Source: the human T2T-CHM13v2.0 reference genome, Homo sapiens. From it: 64,000 nt of DNA. A program made the translations under genes and the position numbers. Positions within the stretch are counted from its first letter, which is position 1; every line of letters starts with the position of its first letter. Where the stretch lies: the NCBI RefSeq assembly GCF_009914755.1, contig NC_060929.1, one strand, 5' to 3'. The notes under the pieces are model-generated. The model saw only the letters and a program-made list of their open reading frames with translations, made no database searches and was not told where the DNA came from. This document shows, in pieces, positions 27,581-39,425 of the stretch.

Positions 27581-28938
27581 ACCTTCTTTATCAATATGTA
27601 ATGACCTTCTTTGTTTCATTTTACAATTTTTGACTTAAAGCTTATATTGTCTGATATAAGTATAGCTACATCTGCTGTCTTTTATTTTCCATTTGTATAG
27701 ACTATCTTTTTTTTCATTCCTTCGCTTTCAGTCTATATGCATCCTTAAAGGTGAGGTGAGCCTATTGCAGGTAGCATGTGGTTGGGCCTTTTTTTAAAAA
27801 AAACTATTCAGCCACCATATATCTAATTATTGAAAAGTTTAATCCATAATCCTTTTACATGCAATGTAATTATTGATAGGTAAAGACTTATTATTGCCAT
27901 TTTGTAATTTTTGTCTGTTTTTTAAAGATATGCTTTGTTTCTTTCTCTCTTGCTCCCTTCCTTTGTGGCTTGATGGTTTTCTGTAGTGATGTGCCTTGAA
28001 TCCTTTGTATTTTTGTTTTTGTTGATCTACTATAGATTTTTGCTTTCTGGTTACCACGAGGCTTACATAAAATATCTTATACTTATAACAGGCTATTTCA
28101 AACAGATAATAACTTAACTTTGATTGCATACAGCTCTATAATTTTACTCATCCCCCACATTCTATGTTTGTGGTATTAAAATTTACATTATTTTGTAATT
28201 TATGTCCCTTTACAATTTATTTTAGCTGTAGTTTTTTAATAGTTGTGTCCTTTAATCATCATACTAGAGTTAAAATTGCTTTTAGCCCTAAAATTACAAT
28301 CCTAAAGTATTCTGAATATGACTCTATGTTACTTAGACAATTGAGATTTGTATTTTTGTATATTTTATGTAATTAATTAACAGGTTTTTGTTTTAGCGTA
28401 GACAACTCCCTTTAGTAATTCCTCTAAGGTAGGCCTAGGGATGAGGAACTCTTAGCTTTGTTTTTCTGGGAAATTTTTCATTTCTCACTTTTGAGGAATA
28501 GTTTTGCTGGGTAAAGTATTCCTGGTTGGTGAGTTTTTTGTCTTTTTCGGTCTTATTTTCCTTCAGCACTTTGAATATATCATTATTTCTGCCTTGGCCT
28601 GCAGGTTTTTTGCTAAACCTGCAGGGACTCCTTTGTGTGTGATATGTTTCTTAACTCTTGCTACTTTTAGAATTTTTTTTGTCTTTGATTTTTTATAGTG
28701 TGATCATTAATGTATCTTGGTGAACTCTTCTTTTGGTTGAATTTAATTGGAGAACTCTGTGGTTCCTGAACCTGGGTCAGCACCTTTCCCCAGATTTTGG
28801 AAATCTTCAGTCATTACTTCTTTAAATACATTTTCTGGATTTTTTCCTCTTTTTTTTTTCTTTGGGAAATCCTATTATGCAAAATGTTCGGTCTCTTTAT
28901 GGTGTCCAATAGTTCCAGAAGTCTTTAGTCTTTCTTCA

Positions 28939-29417
28939 TTTTTTTTTTTATTATTATACTTTAAGTTCTGGAGTACATGTGCAGAATGTGAATGTTTGTT
29001 ACATAGGTATACACGTGCCATGGTGGCTTGCTGCACCCATCAACCTGTCATCTACATTAAGTATTTCTCATAATGCTATCCCTCCCCTAGCCCCCAATCC
29101 CCTGACGGACCCCAGTGTGTGATGTTCCCCTCCCTGTGTCCGTGTGTTCCCATTGTTCAACTCCCACTTATGAGTGAGAATACGCGGTGTTTGGTTTTCT
29201 GTTCTTGCATTAGTTTGCTGAGAATGATGGTTTCCAGCGTCATCCATGTCCCTGCAAAGAACATGAACTCATCTTTTTTATGGCTGCATAGTATTCCATG
29301 TGTATATGTGCCACATTTTCTTTATCCAGTCTATCATTGATGGGCATTTGGGTTGGTTCCAAGTCTTTGCTATTGTGAACAGTGGTGCAATAAACATATG
29401 TGTGCATGTGTCTTTAT
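28939..29417 (-). mobile_element. L1PA7/8-like 3' end fragment
   Basis: poly-T followed by 'ttatactttaagttctggagtacatgtgcagaa...aacatatgtgtgcatgtgtctttat'; no TSD seen. Confidence 0.93.
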
Positions 29418-29550
29418 TTACTGTATCTATTTCCACACAAAATGCCAAAGACCGGGGTGGTGGGAAAAGATGAGTACAGAAGAGATGGTATGCTAAGTCT
29501 GCCTTTACAGAATCTCAATCAAATACAGTTGAACAACATGGGGGATAAGC

Positions 29551-29849
29551 TGTGCCTTATTAGAAAATAGGGTATTTGCAGATGTAAATGGTTAGGCAAT
29601 GAAAATACAAAAGAGGTGTACACTGAGGTCACACTGAATTAGAGTGGGCTTTAAGTTTAATTACTGGTGTCCTCAAGAGGAGAAAAACATTTGAAGACAT
29701 AGACACACACAAAGGGAAAAAGGCAATGTGACCACAGAGGCAGAGATTGGAGAGATGCAGCTGTAAGTCAAGGAGCACCAAGGATTGCCAACACGCAGAA
29801 GCTATGAACCAGCAAGGGATCCTTTCCTAGAACCTTCGATGGGAGCATG
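29551..29849 (+). repeat. Partial MLT1C LTR, inverted duplicate of 39060-39359
   Basis: By-eye alignment to the reverse complement of 39060-39359: about 19 mismatches over ~295 bp. Confidence 0.93.
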
Positions 29850-29879
29850 CGCCTATTTGGCCATCTTGCTGGTGTCACT

Positions 29880-32800
29880 CTGTATGTGTTATTTATCAAG
29901 TTAAGGAAGTTGCTTTCTATTTCTAGCTTACAGAGAGATGTTTAATCATGAATGAGTGTTGGAATTTGTCAAATGTTTTCTATACATATATTGTTATAAT
30001 CATATTATTTTTCTTTCTTGGAATGTTGATGTCAGGTATTACATTAATTGCTTTCAAATGTTGAAATAGTCTTCAAATACCTGTAATACATCCCACTTGG
30101 TCATGGAATACAATTAATTTTATACATTGTTGGATTCAATTTGCTAATATTTTGTTGAGGTTTTGCATCCATAGTTAAAAGGCATATTGGTCTTTAGTTT
30201 TCCTATTTTAAAATTATCCCATGTTCTTTGTCTGGTTTTGGTATTAAGATAATATTTACCTCATAGAATAAGTTAAGTAGTCATGCCTCTGCTTCTATTT
30301 TTTGAAATATTTTGTAGGGAATTAGTGTGATTTTCCATAAATAGTTGGTAGAATTCACTAGGAAACTATCTGGACTTTTTTTTCTATTTTGGAAGCTTAT
30401 TAATTATTTAATTTCTTAATAGATATAGACCTATACATGTTGTCTATTTCTCCTTGAATGAATTTTGGTAGATTATGTCTTTCAAGGAACTGGTTCTTTC
30501 ATCTAGGTTATCAAATCTCTGGGCATAGAATTGTTAATAATATTTCTTTATTATTCTTTTAATGTCCGAGGATCAATAACGATGACATCATTTCTTATGT
30601 CTGTAATTTGTTTCTTCTTTCTTTTTTTCCTTGGCTAGACTGATTAACATTTTAACTTTATCAATTTTTTTCTCTTTCCAAAGAATCAGTTCTTGATTTT
30701 ACTTATTTTTCTCTAATTATTTTCTCCAATTTCATTGAATTCTGCTTGAATTTTTATTATCTCATCTCTTCTGCTCAATTTAGATTTAATTTGCTCTTCT
30801 AATTTACTAAGATGGAAGCTAATATTATCATTTTTAGACATATCTAATGCTGTAAATTTATCTTTAAGCACAGCTTTAACTCCATCCCATAAGTTTTGAT
30901 AAGTTGTATTTTCATTTGAAAAAATTTCAAAATATTCCAAGATATTTAAAATTTTTGCTTGAGACTTCTTTTACCCCATTCACTATTTAGAAGTGTGTTG
31001 TTTAATCCCAAAACATTTTGGGATTTTCCAATTCTCTGTTACTGATTTCTGGTTTAATTCCATTGTGGTCTGAGAGTATATACTGTGTTATTTCTATTCT
31101 TTTATATCTGTTAAGGTGTTTTATTATCTAGAATATACTTTGTCTTAGTGTATATTCCATGTGAGCTTTAGAAGAATATGTGTATCCTACTGTTCTGTCT
31201 GACTTTACAATTGTCAAGTAGATCCAGTTAGTTGATGGTGCTATTTCACTTAACTATAACCTACTGATTTTCTGTCTGCAGGGTCTGTCAATTACTGATT
31301 GAGTGTCTTGAAATCTCCAACTAAATTAGGATATGTGTCTTTCTTTTTTCAGTTCTTGAACCATTGTCTTCTTTATTCCTGGTAATTTTCCCTTCTCTGA
31401 AGTCTGCTTTGTCAGAAATATTATAGGTACTTCAGCTTTCTTTTGATTAGTGTTAATATGATATATCTTTATCATTTACATTTGAATCTACCTGATTATT
31501 TATTTAAGGTGAGTTTCTTGTAGACAATGCATAGTTGGGTTTTGTTTTATTATGCACTCTGGCCATCTCTCTCTTTTAACTAGTATATTTAGATAACTCA
31601 TATGCAAAATGATGATTGATATATTTGGATTCATATCTATTATATTTTTAATTGTTTCCTATTTACTTTCCATGCTCTTCATTTCATTTTTGTCTTCCAC
31701 CTTTTTTCTATACTCTGGATTTATTTGAGCATTTTATATAATTTTATTTTATGTCTTTTATACCAAGTCAGTAATGTTTTTTAAAAGATTTTTTTTCAGT
31801 GGTTACTCTAGAGTTTGCAGTATACATTTACAACTAATTTAAGTTCACTCTCAAAAAATATACCACTTCATGGATAGTGTAGGTACCTTATAGTAGAGTA
31901 TTCCCAATTCTTCCCTCCCATTCTTTACTGCAATGTGGTCATTCATTTCAATTACCCATCAAGTGTATAAATGAATATATTATTGTTATAATTATTTCAG
32001 TAAAATCTATCAGATTAATTAAAGTCAGTGCTATCAGAAATATTACATCACCTTTATTTATTCTTTCTGCTATGCTCTTCTCTTCTCTAGGTCTGAATCT
32101 CTATCGTTGTTGTTCTCTCTGAAGCACTTTCTAACATTTCTTGCAAGTCAGGTTCTTTGGTGACAAATTCCCTCAATTTTTATTTTTCTGAGAAAGTTTT
32201 TATTTCTCCTTTATTCCTGATGGATAACTTCCCTGGATGCATAATTCTAGGTCTAGTTGGTAGCTTCTACTTTCAAGACTTTAAAAATTTCTATCCAACT
32301 TCCTATTGCTTGTGTGGTTTCTAAAGAGATATCCAAATGTAATTCTTATTACTCTATGAGTAAAGTTTTTGTTCCCAGTAGTTTATTTCAAGATTTTTCT
32401 TTGTCTTTGACATTCTGCAATTTGAATACACTGTAATGGTATGCATAAGCATAGAATTTTCGGTATTTACCTTGCTTGGTGTCCTCTGAGCTTCCTGGAT
32501 TTTTGTTTTGATGTCTGCCATTAATTTTGAAAAATACTCAGCTATTGTTACTTCAAAAATGTTTGTTCCTTTCTCTTTTTATTTTTCTGGTATTCCCACT
32601 ATGTGTATTTTACACCTGTGTAATTGGATATTCTGTTGTTTTTAAAAATTATGTTTCCCTTTTTTCACTTTGGGAATACCTATTGACATATCTTCAAGCT
32701 TACTGATTTTTTTCCTTGACTATGTCCAGTCCACTAATGAGTCCATTAAAGACATTATTTATTTATACACAATGCTTTTGGTTTATATTTCCTCTTTATT

Positions 32801-33289
32801 TTTTTTCTTAGAGTTTCCTTCTCTCTGCTATAACCAATTTATTCTTGCATGTTGTCTATCTTTTCTATTAAAGTCCTTGGCATAAAATTCATACTTATTT
32901 TTTTTTAAATTCCCAAATATCTGATAATTCCAAAACCTCTGTTGTAGCTGGGTCTGGTTCTGATGCTTTCTTTGTATCTTCCAATTGATTATTTTTTGTC
33001 TCTTATGATACCTTGTAATTTTTTGTTAGAAGCCAGACATAATGTACTGGGTAAAAGGAACTGAGGTAGATGGGTCTTTAATGTGAAGTTATACATTTAT
33101 CTGGCTAAAAGTTAGGATGTGTTCACTATTCACTATTGCTGTGGTATCAGAGGTTAAAATTTCCATTACTTTTCTTGTTTTTGTCTCCTTTTTGTTTTTG
33201 GTTTCTCTAGAAACTCCTTCAATAGTGTCAGAAGCTTGCAATTTGTTCAGCTGTCATCCCTCTTATTACACAAGAACCTTATTGATGAG
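29880..33289 (-). mobile_element. Old L1MC/MD-type element: ORF2 RT, endonuclease and ORF1, antisense
   Basis: Minus-strand [33 protein letters not shown] (L1 ORF2) with continuous T-rich L1 sequence. Confidence 0.85.
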
Positions 33290-33525
33290 GTCAAATTCAC
33301 AGAAAGAGAAACTAGATTGGTATTGCCAGGTTCTGGGATGAGAATGAAGAGGAGTGATGGCTAATGAGTTTAAGACTTTTTGGGAGGTGATTAAAATGTC
33401 CTGAAATTAGATAGCAGTGATTGCACAACTCTGTGAACGTGCTAATAATCAGTAAATTGTACCCTTTAAGAGGGTATGAATTTTTTTTGGTATGTGAATT
33501 ATATCTCAACAAAGCTGGTATGTAA
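33290..33525 (+). mobile_element. L1MB/ME 3' terminus
   Basis: 'gattaaaatgtcctgaaattagatagcagtgattgcacaactctgtgaa...tgtgaattatatctcaacaaagctg'. Confidence 0.8.
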
Positions 33526-35248
33526 AAAAACAAAACATAGGTGAACACATTATATTGGCGGTGGGGAAAATTCAGAATTTTTATATAAGGTGTACTTTGG
33601 GGAAATTGGAATATCCTAAATTGCATTATAACCAAACTACAAAGTTTTAGGGAGTCATTAAAAATTACATTACCAAAGATGTTACAAGGTAAGTAAAAAC
33701 TCAGGGTAAAATTACATGCACAGCATAATTTGAACATTATAAAATAAAATGCTTTTATCTCTATGTGTATATATTTCCAAATCTAGCTTTAAAATTACGT
33801 ATTTTAAAATGAAAATAGCATAAGAAAATTCATGTTAATGTCAACAGTATTTATGAATATTAATATTATGGGTGATGGTATCCTTTAAAATCATAAAAAC
33901 TTTTAAAATTCTATATAAAGAGTATGCATTATATTTACAATCATAAAAATACATCACTAAAAGATACATTATCTTTTTACTTGTGATTCTTAAATACATA
34001 GTATACAGTGTGAGGTGAGGCTCCAGTATATAACTTAATTATTTGAGTAATAATTATAATAACAACAATAACTGATTAATCAATACCTATCATTGAGTTC
34101 TCACTCTCTTTATCCCATTCATTGGTTTTGCCAATGCCATTGTGATCTTCAAGCAAATGGACACAATGACACTGCTCTGTCAGTCTGCCTCATGAAAAGC
34201 CATTTTAAGATGAGGATTAAGCAATGTACTATATGGTAAGGCAAGGCTATTTATAGCACACCCTTGGAATTAAACTTAATTGTATCATCATTATGAGGCA
34301 ATCTTTACAGAGTTCTGTGAAATGCATTCTATAATTGTAAAAATTGCATTTGCAAATGTCCCTTTAGTAACTAACCAAAAGATAGAGGCAGTAGGGAAAA
34401 ATTTAATTTAAGAAAATAGAATAGAGTTGAAAATTTATGGGAAATTCTGAATAAAGTTCATAATTTTACCCATTCCTTGTAATGATTACTCAAAAACCAG
34501 AACAGGAAGAAACTGGACTTATTAAAAGAAGCATTAAATAAAGCATGAAACAATGTAGACTGGCAAACTACTGTATCTAGAAGCCTTCTTCCCCTGTGGA
34601 CACATAAAAGACTAAAAAATGTTGATGATATAAACTTAAGAAACAAAATATCCCACCTGGAGCAGTTTCCTCAAAAGTTATTTAGACTTTGCTACTCTAC
34701 CTAAAAGCAGTTCGCATTATACTAATAGGTCCAAGCAAGCAGTTTAGGTTGCATGGTACATGATATCCATGCTGGATCAGAGGCTAAAAGCAGTTGGTTT
34801 TTCTGGCTTCCTATTTTGTTTCCTTTGATGACCTAAGTCCTAATGACATGCTTTTTCAAACGTTCAACAGCACTTAGGTTTTCATTTAAAATTTTATTAT
34901 ATTTTATTATATACAATTCTCTTTAATTAAATCAAGATGTGTTTCTTGTTTGAAATGAAGTTCCTCCAAGGAAAGAATTGTGTGTGTTTCATTTTTTTAA
35001 ATATATTTTTCCCAAGGATCCAGGACTGTGTGGGGCAATGCTTAAGAAATACATAATCTCATTTTATTGTGTTAGTCCTTATCTAAACCTCAGTTTTACT
35101 GAACTCAGATTCAGAACTTCCCCCCATTACCTATGCATTTAAGCAATACCGTACCATATCACCACATAATGTCTTCTCCTTGTTCATTTATACATCCATC
35201 CCTCTATTCAGCAATCCATATCCACACTGGCTTTTTTTCTCTTTAGTC

Positions 35249-35468
35249 CAGGGCTTGGGATACTTTTCTTTAAAGGTCCAGAAAGTAAAATTGTAGGCTT
35301 TCTGGCCCATATCATCTCTGTAGCAATTACTCAACTCTGCCATTATAGCACAAAAGCAGCCAAAACAATTCGTAAGCAAATAACTTTGGCTGGGTTCCAA
35401 GAAAACTTTATTTATGAAACCCAGGCATACGCTGGATTTGGTCATGGGTTATAGTTTGCAGATCCATG
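35249..35468 (+). mobile_element. MER58A hAT MITE
   Basis: 'ctactcaactctgcc'-like core (attactcaactctgccattatagcacaaaagcagcc); TSD ctttagtc/ctctagtc (7/8). Confidence 0.88.
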
Positions 35469-36749
35469 CTCTAGTCCATTTTTTTCCTCACTTACCAATT
35501 TGCCAGGTATGTATTTTAATCAGCAAGAGACAGAATGTTCTGAAGATGATGCTACATTATTGCTGATAAATCTTCAGTCACATTAATTACATTCTCAGCC
35601 TGGTTTTAAATAACCTGATTTCTAACATTCCTAAAGATCTGCTACTTCAACTACACTTGCTTGTTCCACAGAGTTCAGAGATACTTTGAGTCTTCCCAGC
35701 ACATTATATTTATCTACACCCCATTCTATTGTTACTAAACTGCCCCTTGTTTATTTATTCAAGAACAATTTCCCCTATCAAACTTACAAAAGCTAGTCTC
35801 CCTGACCACTTAGCAGGAAGTGGCTTAGCTGTGGTTATTTGAGTAATTTTTAAACCTTCTATCATTGCCTGTATATTTTACATCTTTTTGTTAAGCAATT
35901 TTTTAATTTAAATCATCATATTAATTTTTGTTTATAATGTTATGTTTCTAATTACAATAAAATTTCTTGAGGAAAATAAATGTATTACACTTATAAAACT
36001 TCCTCATTGCATCTAGCATAGCAATTAACGAATAATAGAGGCTCATCACTGTTTGACTTGGTGGCTATTACTCTGAAGAACCAACTCTTCTCAATAGCAT
36101 ATTCATTGAAGTTTCTCAACATGACACAGTAGATTGCAACTGATAGTTGGTAAAGTTTTTCTCCCTCACAGAAAAAATTTTCATTGGACAAATGAATAAT
36201 TTTTCATAAAATGGATACTATTAAAGCATATTATTTACTTTCTGATTACCTTAAAGAATGTTCAGTACTGTACATATAAAATAGTTTATTAATTGCCATA
36301 ACAATTATAAAGTTAATAAAATTTTAACAGTATTTGACCTTGTTGCTAGAAATTTATCAAAATAACTGATATTTATCAAACTAACTGATACTGAAGTTTA
36401 TAAAATGTGATTTAAAACAACATATAGGTAAAAATTCACCTAAAGCTCTTTTTCACTGGATAACGTACTTTTTTTCTTTGGTTGAAAGGAGAATGCTTTA
36501 TTGCCCTTTGTTCCCCTTAAGCAATGCTTAACTTGTTTTAAGTTTCGGTGAGATTATTTTTCTGTACTTTTGGTGCATATATTATGAATGCTGAGTTTGT
36601 CTGTTGTGAATTCTTATTGTTACAGTAATGACTAACATAGCAAAAGTCAGACACATTTTATATTTTCTGTAAATAGAAGCTTATGTTGACTTACTCTCTA
36701 AGTAGCCCATAAAGTTATTGCTGGAAATGAGATCTTTGAAAAACATAGA

Positions 36750-37200
36750 TGTGATGGTTAATTTTAGGTATCAACTTGACTGGTCCATGGGGTGCCCAGA
36801 TATTTCATTAAACATTATTCTGTGTGTGTCTGTGAGGATGTTTCTGGATGAGATTAACATTTGCATCAGTAGACGGAGTAGAGCAGAGGGCCCTCCCCAG
36901 TGTAGGTGGTCCTCATCCAATCTACTGAACACCTGGATAGAAAGAAAAAGTCTGAGTAAGGCAGAGTTTCCTCTCTTTTCAATTGCCTTTGAGCTGGGGT
37001 ATCAGTCTTCTCTTGGCTTTGGACTTTGACACAGACTGGAACTTATACTGTCAACTCTCCTGATTCCCAGGACTCTGGACTCAGACAGCAATTATACTGT
37101 TACCTCTCCTGGATCTCCAGCTTGTCAACTATTACATGTTAGGACTCCTTACCTTCCCAAATCATATGGAACAGAATCCTTATAATAAATATCTTTGTGT
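36750..37200 (+). mobile_element. MLT2 (ERVL) solo LTR, MLT2D-like
   Basis: Starts tgtgatggttaattttaggtatcaacttgactgg; contains 'gtgaggatgtttctggatgagattaacattt'. Confidence 0.88.
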
Positions 37201-37544
37201 AATTATAAGTAAATAGATTTTAACTTGGCTTAGGCTAACTCTTTGTCTAAGACCCCATTCTGGTGCCCTCCTATGCTATCCCTACAGGCTGTTTGGTGGT
37301 GTTTTACATGTTTCCAAATTCATCTGTACCTCAGTATTTGTACACACATGATTTTTGTAGGTTTTTCTTCAAATATATATGGAGCAGCTGGAAGACAAAG
37401 TTGATATCATTTTCATCTTGCCTGATACAGTGCCTGACATTTAGTAATGCCTCTGTAGAGTATACTAAACTCATATATGTACGTGTGAAAATATATAGAG
37501 GTTAAACTTGCCTTAATCTTCATACTCTCTTCCAATTTTACCTG

Positions 37545-37589
37545 CATGTTTCTTTGAATATCAAATCATGTTTCTTTGAATATCAAATC
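37545..37589. repeat. Perfect 22-bp tandem duplication
   Basis: catgtttctttgaatatcaaat x2. Confidence 0.95.
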
Positions 37590-38469
37590 TATATTCAAAG
37601 GACTAACAGAAGCAGATAAATACACAGTAATGATTCCTTAAAAGAATCATTTAAAGTCAAGTTAAAATTACTAATAAGCTCATTATTTTGAATAAGCATT
37701 AATTAGAAGATATCTTTTTCTGGACTCTAGTATCTATGCTAAAGATTGGATGTGTAAATATTATCTTCCTCCATTCACAGGCCTATTTTAATGTTCACAC
37801 CTGCTTTTGTAGTAGATACAACTTCTATATGTAAGTTATGGGTTTTGGAGATACTTATAATGATGATTCTTATAAGAAATTTCAAAATAGTGGCCAAATG
37901 GGTAGGCATGGAAATAGTTTTAGGGAAGAAATACTGAGGTAAACAAAAGATATCTTCATGAATCAAAGAAGATAATGAAGTAAAATAAACCAATGCAGAT
38001 AAAGGAGCCTCATTCTAAGTGTCTATAGACAGGTGGGAGGAGAAATATATGAGTGTTTGGTGTGGTTGTAGTCAATTAGGAAATTTTGCAGGAGTGCCAA
38101 AGAAGAAGGGGAAGCCCCAAATGGCTTCACAAAGGGCATAATAGACTGAAATGTAAGCAGAAGCCATATTAGAAAATGCTCGAGTACATTACCTAGCTTT
38201 CCTGTGTTGAAACAAATTAGGTCTAAGAAGTTCAGATCCAACTTAATGGTTATCAAATAAAACTGTAATTAATCTATGTTGTTGCTTGGAGAGCAGGGGC
38301 TAATTTTCATCTGAATCACATGTGAGAATCTAAGCACCAAGCTGAAAAGGGAGCTAAATAAATAATTACTTGCACAAGTTTTTTATTTTCTAAAAAAGAA
38401 AAAGCATGTTTTTAATTGAAAATTCTGGGTTGTTTCAAGATCCATATTAGAGATGATCTTTGAATAAAT

Positions 38470-38750
38470 GTCCCAATGAAGATTACTCAATGTCAATCAT
38501 TAAACAAAATTAAATAAATAAATTACACAGAATGTTAAATAGTGATGAATGCTAAGAAGAAAAATAAGGCAGAAAGAGCAGTAGGCTAAGTGTTGGAGGG
38601 GTTGACATTTTAGGTAGAGTGGCCAGAGAAGCAGATGAGATTGAATAAAGATATGAAGGAAGTGAGGGGAAAATTCATCAGCTATCTGGGGCAAGAGATC
38701 TGAAAGACAGGCAGCAATTGATAATGCAAAGGCCCTGAGGCAAACAGGGC
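38470..38750. mobile_element. L2 fragment
   Basis: 'gtgatgaatgctaagaagaaaaataaggcag...atgcaaaggccctgaggca'. Confidence 0.7.
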
Positions 38751-38938
38751 CTTTAGATTTCACTAGAGTGAAATCTAAAATGCAGGGAATGCATAGGAAG
38801 CAGGATCCCTTTGGAGTTAGGAAATAAGTTCTTAACAAACAAGATAAAATTCTGTCTTTGTTGCTTTAAATCATAGCTCACAAACTCACATACTTACAGA
38901 AGTCAGGGTAATAATGTAGATGTCTGAAGCATGGTGGG

Positions 38939-39425
38939 TGTTTTAACTTCCCGGGGCTACCATAACAAATTACTACAAACTGGGTGGATTAACACAACAG
39001 AAATGTATTCTCTCACAGTTTTGCAGGCAGAAAGTCTGAAATCAAGGTGTCAGCAGGGCCATGTCCCCATTGAAGATTCTAGGAAAGGATTCCTTGCTGT
39101 TTCATAGCTTCTTGGTGTTGGCAATCCTTGGTGCTCCTTGACTTACAGCTGTATCTCTTCAATCTCTGCCTCTATGGTCACATTGCCTTTTTCCCTTTGT
39201 GTGTGTCTATGTCTTCAAATGTCTGTCTCCTTTTGAGGACACCAGTAATTAAACTTAAAGCCTACTCTAATTCAGTGTGACCTCAGTGTACACCTCTTTT
39301 GTATTTTCATTGCCTAACAATTTACATCTGCAAATACCGTATTTTCAAATGAGGTCACATTCACAAGTACTGGCAGTTAGGACTTGAACATATTTTTGTC
39401 GGGGACACAATTTGTCTTACAATAA
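38939..39425 (-). mobile_element. MLT1C (MaLR) solo LTR
   Basis: 'ataacaaattactacaaactgggtgg...tctgaaatcaaggtgtcagcagggcc...ttaggacttgaacatatttttgtcggggacacaatt'. Confidence 0.9.

Larger units (their letters stand above)
25108..28938 (-). mobile_element. Older L1 (L1PB/L1MA-age): ORF2 RT-N and endonuclease into ORF1, interrupted by tandem repeats
   Basis: Minus-strand ORFs GFTGEFHQTLK...KKENYRPIFLM..DGKIL and PKYIKQTLIDLKKEIDCNKIIVGDINTP are L1 ORF2. Confidence 0.9.
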
